DNA of 64,000 bases from Octopus vulgaris (Eukaryota): contig OX597815.1 in NCBI GenBank assembly GCA_951406725.2, positions 186,124,001-186,188,000 on the forward strand, in the 5' to 3' direction. Under the pieces are notes generated by a model, which was given only the letters and a program-made list of their open reading frames with translations, did no database searches and had not been told where the DNA came from. Numbering within the stretch: position 1 is the stretch's first letter; each line of letters starts with the position of its first letter. Positions 56,637 through 64,000 of the stretch are shown here, piece after piece. The translations under genes and the position numbers were made by a program.

Positions 56637-57588
56637 TAACTTAAAATTGCATGATGGATTGCCGTCATTTCATTCTTTCTTTCTTACCTGTCTGTGTTTG
56701 CCTTTTGGGTGCTGTGTTTTTGCTGAGATCCCCCTTTTAGTAGAAGGAATAGCTATATCTCTTTGACTGCTATTTCTAAATTCGGTGTGTTGGTGAGGCA
56801 ATTCGTTGCTAAACCCTTAATTACTTAGTATTACTTAAATTTTCCTCGAATGGGGCTTTTACATACCGAAATCTACTTGGTGTAATTGATAATTATCCCT
56901 AATTAATTAATTTCACCCTTTTATTATTACTGATAACCATATATATATGCACACACACACACACACACACATGTGCGTGTATAAGTATATTAAAGGGTAG
57001 ACATATTAAAGCAATTCTTTCACTAATTAACACAAGAATCATGATAAATGTTGTGACATATTCGACTGATTATAAAACTGTATGAAGAAATTACGTCTTA
57101 CTAATATTTATTTGCACCTTAATACACTTCAGAAACGTCTCTATTGCAAACAATTTTATGTAATATATCAAAAAGTGGCAGACTGGTATATTTATCATAA
57201 CATATATCTTTGTATGAAGTAACAATTTATGAACAGTATACAAGAGCCGGCGCCTTGTCGTTTCTATTGTCTAGTCAGATTTATCACATATGGCATAATA
57301 ATTAATCATCCACGAATTTCTGAGGAAATTGTTCTTCTGCGTGCCTATTAACTTGCCGATAGCCACTCATTGCATCGAAACATCGGTTCTTCATAACAAA
57401 GAGGAAGTGTTGTTTATTTAGCTATATTTTGATATACTGATTATAAAGAGCAATATAGACATTAACTTTTTCTATACATTAATGTAAATTTACTTTTAAT
57501 CGACGCTGAGATTAATCAAGAGATGACATAGGTGTGTTTATGTTAGTTTGCGTGTGTGTGTCTCTTTCTCAATATATATATATATATA

Positions 57589-57770
57589 GGAAGATTTCAC
57601 GAACAAAACAAAAGACGAAGACAGGTGGTGTAGAAAACAAACAGATGTATTAGTATAACGCTCAGAAATTTAAAATGTCTTTTACGTTTCGAGCCTATGC
57701 TCATCTACAGAAAGGGACACAGAAAAAAACAAGGAGAGAAACAATGTGTGTAGTGGCTACCGATCTATCT
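57589..57770 (-). mobile_element. TA-adjacent repeat with a variant hammerhead-like motif (57679-57714)
   Basis: CUUU-CUGUAGA-U-GAGC/GCUC-GAAAC-GUA-AAAG. Partial second copy at 44636-44706. Confidence 0.5.
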
Positions 57771-57804
<34 letters not shown>

Positions 57805-57805
<1 letters not shown>

Positions 57806-58161
57806 GAGTGAGAGAGCAGTGCATGCCATCAAAGTGACACTGGGGTAAAATATACGAAGCCCAGTATACCCATCATGACTACCCGTCTGATAAGGGTACA
57901 CCAGGCACATGCATCACAACCATATGTGCGCGACATAATGATCTCATATCAAGATAAACAGCACATGACCTTGTAGGTGGGGCCCAGTTAGAATTTTCTT
58001 CTGGTAGAGTAACCCATCCTGCTCAAAAGGTCCCTGAGTAAGGGTTGTTTAAAGATGTTGAACGAAACACCCATGTTTCCAGAGGTGAATTATTCAAACC
58101 TCAAAGAATCCCTCTCAACACATGGCTATGATACTCCTCCAGGCTATGATACTCCCCAGGC

Positions 58162-58162
<1 letters not shown>
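57805..58162. repeat. ~360-bp insert bounded by (ATT)n on both sides
   Basis: More GC-rich block between two (ATT)n tracts, with a terminal tandem duplication of GGCTATGATACTCC. Confidence 0.55.
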
Positions 58163-58225
<63 letters not shown>

Positions 58226-58728
58226 ATATTTAATTACTATTTATTAATTGAATCCCACGCATCCATTCCGAAGTAAGTTCATCTTCACCTTTTTGATGCA
58301 ATTCTCTTATCTATACTGCATTCTTCCTCCGTCCTTCTCTAATTCCCTTTTTCCTCTCCCTCCCTCATTCACTGTTTTCTAACTCTCTCCCTTTCCCTTC
58401 TTTCTCTTTTTTCTTTTTCTCTCTCACCTTCCCTCTCTTTCTCTTTTTTCCTCTCGCGTTGCTCACACGTGACCATAATCCATCTTTCTTTTCCTCACGT
58501 GACCATCTTTCTTTTCCTGCACGGACGTTTAAAAGAACAGACGTTTTTTTGCTCTCTCTCTCATCTATCTTTTTTCATTTCAAAAAATATTTCTCGAACC
58601 GTTCACTATTTTCCTCTCATTCAGGTCGGTTTCCTTGCTGGTCGGTTTCCTTGTATGTCTCCACTGTCATGTTTTTGTTCCCGACAAAATTAATGTGTCC
58701 AACTGGTTAAAATACTATTTATTTATTT

Positions 58729-58816
58729 GTGCAGCTGAAGATGGCACTGCATTTAAATAGATATAATGATTGCATTGTTCAATTAAATGGAGCTGCTTGA
58801 AACGGTCGTACTGCAT
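58729..58816 (+). ncRNA. Type I hammerhead ribozyme motif
   Basis: GUGCAG-CUGAAGA-(U)GGCA..CAUUUAA/UUAAAUG..UGCU(U)-GAAAC-GGUC-GUA-CUGCAU. About 35 nt upstream of (TA)n. Confidence 0.75.
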
Positions 58817-58849
58817 TATTACTTGATATCCTGTTGTTTATTTTGATTT

Positions 58850-58880
<31 letters not shown>

Positions 58881-59566
58881 TCATATTGTGTTCCTGTAGT
58901 GATATGCAATAATCGGAAATGATAATGGGTCGTGTCCAGTTACTTTGGTATCTCGTTAAACATCAGACATCCATTTTATGTGCCTCTGTCAACTATTTTT
59001 AACTGATATTTGAATTTATATGGTTTCTTCTTGCCGTCTTTTGTCGGTGTTTATAGAGATGCCGCTACTTCTTATTCCCACAACAGTCTGGTTGATATAT
59101 AATTTGTCTTAAACAGTCTCTTCCGTTTGAACATGTTGCTGTCTACGTTTCTGTATTATTCTCGCTCTTCGTACTGTATTAATTTCCTTTTTATTCTTAC
59201 CTAGATCTTAGTAACATCATTTGAGCTTCAAATCAACTTCTAGATTATTGCCAAGCTCCTAAATTTCCGTAGTATTTCCTCTCTTTGAATATTCCTCATA
59301 TATTATTCATATCTCTGTTTCTGTAGTTCGCTTTGTCATTTGTTGGTGTTCTTCTCTCATCGTGTTTCATCTTGTTGTTTTTTGGAAAGTTTGTTTCCTC
59401 ACTGCTTATATCTATTTTCTTTGTCTCGCTTGTTACCCATGTTTTCATAGGATATAATCTATTTTGATATCTGGTAATTCTATTATTACTTTTTGCCTCG
59501 CTTGCGACAATATATCTTATGTTAAGATGTCCGTTCAGATTCAACGTTATATTCAAATAAGTGTTA

Positions 59567-60175
59567 AAGCGGCAAGCAGGCAGACACGTTGGCACGCCGG
59601 GCGAAATGCTTAGCGGTATTTCGTCTGCCGTTACGTTCTGAGTTCAAATTCTGCCGAGGTTGACTTTGCCTTTCACCCTTTCGAGGTCGATTAAATAAGT
59701 ACCAGTTACGCACTGGGGTCGATATAATCGACATAATCCGTTTGTCTGTCCTTCTTTGTCCTCTCTATGTTTAGCCCCTTATGGGCAATAAAGAAATAGG
59801 TATTTCGTCTGCCGCTACGTTCTGAGTTCAAATTCCGTCGATGTCGACTTAGTCATTCATCTGGTCGAGATCGATAAAATAAGTACCAGTTACGCACTGG
59901 GGTCGATGTAATCGACTTACTCCGTTTGTCTGTCCTTGTTTGTTCTCTCTATGTTTAGCATCTTGTGGGCAATAAAGAAATAAGAAACACTAGCATGCAG
60001 CACAAATTGGTTACCAGCATTTCATTCGTCTTCACATTCTTAGTTCAAATTCCGCTGAGGTCGACTTTGTCTTTCATCCGTTTGGGGTCGAAAGACAATA
60101 ATCAGTTGAGCACTGAGATCGAAGTATTCGACTTACCACATCCCCCAAAATTTCAAGCCTTGTGCCAAAATTTGA
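59567..60175 (+). mobile_element. SINE family A dimer followed by an older copy
   Basis: Tandem modules with the AAAGAAATAGGTATTTCG junction. Confidence 0.85.
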
Positions 60176-60316
60176 AATCAATATTTAAATCAAAATTAAA
60201 TTCTTAACAGATTTTGTTAAACAAAAATGTCTAGTTTCGCTTTTCTGATTGTGGGTGAAGTTATAGAATGAACATGTAGAAAGAAAACTTATTGCTCTTG
60301 TATTTATAACTTTAAT

Positions 60317-60550
60317 CTATTTTTTACTGCCCACAGGGGGCTAAACACAGAGGGGACAAACAAGGACAGACAAACGGATTAAGTCGATTATATCGACCCC
60401 AGTGCGTAACTAGTACTTAATTTATCGACCCCGAAAGGAGGAAAGGCAAAGTCGACCTCGACGGAATTTGAACTCAGAACATAACGGCAGACGAAATACG
60501 GCTACGCATTTTGCCCGGCGTGCTAACGTTTCTGCCAGCTTGCAGCCTTA
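60317..60550 (-). mobile_element. SINE family A monomer with TSD
   Basis: Flanked by TATTTATAACT(T/A)TAATCT. Confidence 0.9.
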
Positions 60551-60995
60551 TTTATAACTATAATCTTTTATCTCCAGAACATACGTAAAGACCGATCATT
60601 TTCATTGTCATCTTGAACTGTTAGAATAGTTTTTGGCGATGCTGCGCTCGGTATGTTCTGATTTGCAGTTCAATTCCGCTTTTAGTTATGTTCTGAACGT
60701 TAAGGCTCTGTATCGATCGTGAATATTGAGTGAAGAGGACTAACGCTTGGTAAATATCGTTATATGCAGATTGAAACAATCAGTCGTTTGTTAGCTTAAG
60801 TACAGCCATTGTCTGAAAAATGGCCAGTAGGAATATTGTTATTACATCTATTATTTGGGGTTAAGATCAATAAATTTCAGAAAATCAATGTTTTACTTAC
60901 AAATTATGCTTAATATTTCTTGTTCTTGTTCTTGTTCTGGTTCTTGTTCTGGTTCTTCTTCTTCTTCTTCTTCTTCTTCTTCTTCTTCTTCTTCT

Positions 60996-61027
<32 letters not shown>

Positions 61028-61386
61028 CTGTTCTTATGTTTCTTTTTCTTCTTCTTCCTTTATTTCTTCGTTTTTCTCCTTTTCTTCCCCTTCTTCTTCT
61101 TCGTCTTCTTCGTTTCTTCTTCGTTTCCTCTTCTTTTTCTTCTTCTTCATCTTCTTCATCTTCTTCTTCTTATCATTATTATTATTATTATTACTTTTTT
61201 TTTTCTTCTTTCAAACTTGCTTCCATTTCTTGCCGAGTGTCTTCCCGACTCCTAGGGCAAAGAAACTCATAGTATACATTGGTAGGCCATTAAACCAAAC
61301 TCAATAGTTCGTTCATTTTTTTTTTTTTAAGTTAAATTAAAATACATGAGCAGCAACAGTTCTCACATCGACAATGCTCTTCTCAA

Positions 61387-61437
<51 letters not shown>

Positions 61438-61508
61438 CATTATTATTATTATCAGCCTACTCCTTCTTCTTATCATCATCGTTATTATTTTTATCAGTAT
61501 TGCTAGTC

Positions 61509-61720
61509 AGGCGAAGAGCTGGTAGACTCGTTAGCACGCCAGACAAAATGCTTAGCGCATTTCTTCCGTCACCACGTTCTCCGTTCAAATCTCGCCGAAG
61601 TCGACTTTGCCTTCCATCTTTTAATGATCGATAAAATAAGTGCCAGTTGAGTGCTGGAGTTGATGTAATTCGACTTACGCCTCCCCCGATATTGCTGGCA
61701 TTGTGCCACAAGTTGAAATC
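61509..61720 (+). mobile_element. SINE family A copy, diverged
   Basis: Matches the family A consensus. Confidence 0.75.
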
Positions 61721-61762
61721 ATTATCGTTACTATAAAGTAGTAGTAGTAGTAGTAGTAGTAT

Positions 61763-61794
<32 letters not shown>

Positions 61795-62685
61795 GGTGGT
61801 GGTATTTTTAATTGTATTAATTTTGTTACAAAGCCAACAAGCATCATCTCAGGTTTATGTGAAATTTCTGCCCTTTCAAGGCAAATTTTAATGCTTTTTT
61901 TACTAAGGTTACATTTTTTTTTTTAAATGGCTTCGTCAATTCAGTGTCCGGCAGCCAATACATTTCCGTTCCTTCTACTTCCCGTTAACAGGGAACGTAT
62001 TTAACAACAATAATGCCAACAACAGCAACAAACAACAACAACAATCAGCATTAAAGTAACCACAATGGGCACGGCAAACAGAGAAAAGAAAACTCAATTT
62101 GACGATTCAACACACCTTGAACATCCAAGTCCTCTACCTCTACCGCTATTTGTAACAGCACAAATAAATAAAAACATAACACGACAATTAACAAACTCCT
62201 CTAGCCGTGCTAGGGGTAGAAGTAATTAAATTAACATCTCAAGAATTAAGAAATGCAAAAACAAAAGTGAAAACATACCGCACGACAAAGCTTTGCGCAA
62301 AACCGATTTCAACAGCTATAATACCGGTCGATTTTACTGGCTACGTAATGAAAAAAACAGCTGGTAGTTAATGGTCTGTACTACGAGTCACTGTTAGATA
62401 TGATCGCAAATATTTTTGCTGCTGTATGCTGCACCTGGCAGAAAGACTAGAACATTCCCTGTTAGACGAGCCAGACGTTATTATTGCTGTTGATAAACCA
62501 TCGGAAGGAAGTAAATATACGTGATAACTTTCGGTAGAGAAGTCTCCTAAAGGTAGAGCAAATGGCTTTCAAAATGGTATTGGCCAAGACACTATCACTT
62601 GTTGGACATGCACAGACCTTGATGGACATGCGAAAACCGGTGAATCCTCTCTTCTCAACATTCACATTGTGCAACACAGTAGTTA

Positions 62686-62970
62686 TTTGTTCCTTCTCAA
62701 GCCCTGCTTGGCTCATAAGGGCCGGTTTCCCGGTTTCCTTGGCGTGTAGGTTCCCCACCTGAACGGGACGCCAGTCCGTCGCTGGTGAGCTGCAAAATGC
62801 AGGAGGAAAGAGTGAGAGAAAGTTGTGGCGAAAGAGTCAGCAGAAGTTCGCCATTACCTTCTGCCGGAGCCGCGTGGAGCTTAGGTGTTTCGCTCATAAA
62901 CACACACATCACCCGGTACGAGATTCGAACCCGCGAGTCTGCTGCTCTAACCACTAGGCCACGTGCCTCT
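62686..62970 (-). mobile_element. SINE family C copy
   Basis: Highly similar to 24168-24458. Centre reads GCGACGGACTGGCGTCCCGTTCAGG. Confidence 0.85.
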
Positions 62971-63304
62971 ATGCAACGCAGTAGAATACGTCGTAAATAT
63001 ATGACACTTAGAGAAGATGATGACAAGTTAATTTCCAGAACACCATTTGGAGAAAATTTAGGATTGTAGGTAGAATGGTCAATGTCACACTGTAATGATC
63101 TCATACAAAATTATATATGAAAGTTCAGACATAAAACTTTATTTTTATAGTATTGGTGTTGTGCTACCAACTGACGGTCGTGCCTTGTCCCAAGAATCAG
63201 GTGACAATATTGGCGCGCTTACTCTTTCAATTCTTGTAGAAAGAAATGTTCTGTTATTCAAGAAGTACTGTTTACTGCCCAGATCCCCATATTGGTCCAA
63301 GGAT

Positions 63305-63537
63305 ACCTATTTCTTTACTACCCACAAGGGGCTAAACACAGAGGGAATAAACAAAGACAGACAAACGGATTAAGTCGATTACATCGACCCCAGTGCGTAA
63401 CTTGTACTTAATTTATCGATCCCTAAAGGATGAAAGGTAAAGTCGACCTCGGCGGAATTTGAACTCAGAACGAAACGTCTGACGAAATACGGCTACGCAT
63501 TTCGCCCGGCGTGCTAACGTTTCTGCCAGCTCGCCTT
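63305..63537 (-). mobile_element. SINE family A monomer with 18-bp TSD
   Basis: TATTGGTCCAAGGATACC at 63290-63307 and 63537-63554. Confidence 0.9.
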
Positions 63538-64000
63538 ATTGGTCCAAGGATACCGTAGCATACGGTGAAGCATGTACACCCACAGGAATTGCTGGATAAA
63601 CCAAGATTGTGAACGTATATGGTCACGTTTCCTGCAACACTTTTTTTCTGCACCTCATCGATAAGACCAAACTGCAGCCAAAGGTTGAGCGAAAGCCGAG
63701 GTTTGTCGTTGGGCAACTGGAATCTTGCTAAAACCACACTGCATTCTACCAGCTGAACAATGTTGTTAGTGCGATATAAATTCTTGTATTTTGAGAATCT
63801 GGTATGAGTGACAATACCTAGGAACGATCCCGCGATGCCTAGGAACGAATACAGTCATTAATTTGCATTAATCGCATAAATGTCTCAAAGCCGAAGCACA
63901 TCAATGGTTTCACCTGTTTCCTTCTTATTCGATTATTAACAAAAAGACTCTGGACTGCGCCATTTCAAACTAAAATATCTTGGACGCATTATCATGTTTA

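Larger units (their letters stand above)
54368..56942. mobile_element. Inverted plus tandem array of a 589-bp hammerhead-containing unit in (TA)n (retrozyme or Penelope pLTR-like)
   Basis: One reverse copy (54368-54989), a fold-back centre (54990-55038), then 589, 589 and 588 bp units plus a partial unit (55039-56942). Only a handful of differences seen between units. Confidence 0.9.

Noticed and set aside
54368-56942. CRISPR array or ordinary satellite
   Set aside because: No repeat-spacer alternation, and the context is eukaryotic. The inversion, HHR and TA flanks argue against a plain satellite.
63465-63737. 90-aa minus-strand ORF as a host exon
   Set aside because: Runs into a SINE, has no recognisable domain and no splice support.

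Overview
AT-rich, repeat-dense eukaryotic DNA with no recognisable host protein-coding exon. The tRNA-derived SINE families, RTE LINE relics and very high microsatellite load look like a cephalopod (Octopus-like) intergenic or intronic region; the taxon is an inference. Most listed ORFs are microsatellite read-through. Conventional content: many SINE copies from at least four families, a full-length frameshifted DD34D mariner (40324-41614), RTE and RLE (R4/Dong-like) LINE fragments, a pogo/Tigger relic, and non-autonomous Helitron/Helentron elements. The unusual signal is a set of short non-coding elements at (TA)n or (TAA)n tracts that carry minimal type I hammerhead ribozyme (HHR) motifs and often fold-back inverted duplications. 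The clearest is a near-identical 589-bp HHR-bearing unit, present as three tandem copies plus one inverted copy (54368-56942). A tRNA-headed SINE with a 3' hammerhead module is also present (3755-4166, second copy 12105-12296). Together these suggest non-autonomous Penelope-like or retrozyme-type retroelements that may make self-cleaving, possibly circular, RNAs. All folds and alignments were done by eye, and boundaries of degraded repeats are approximate.
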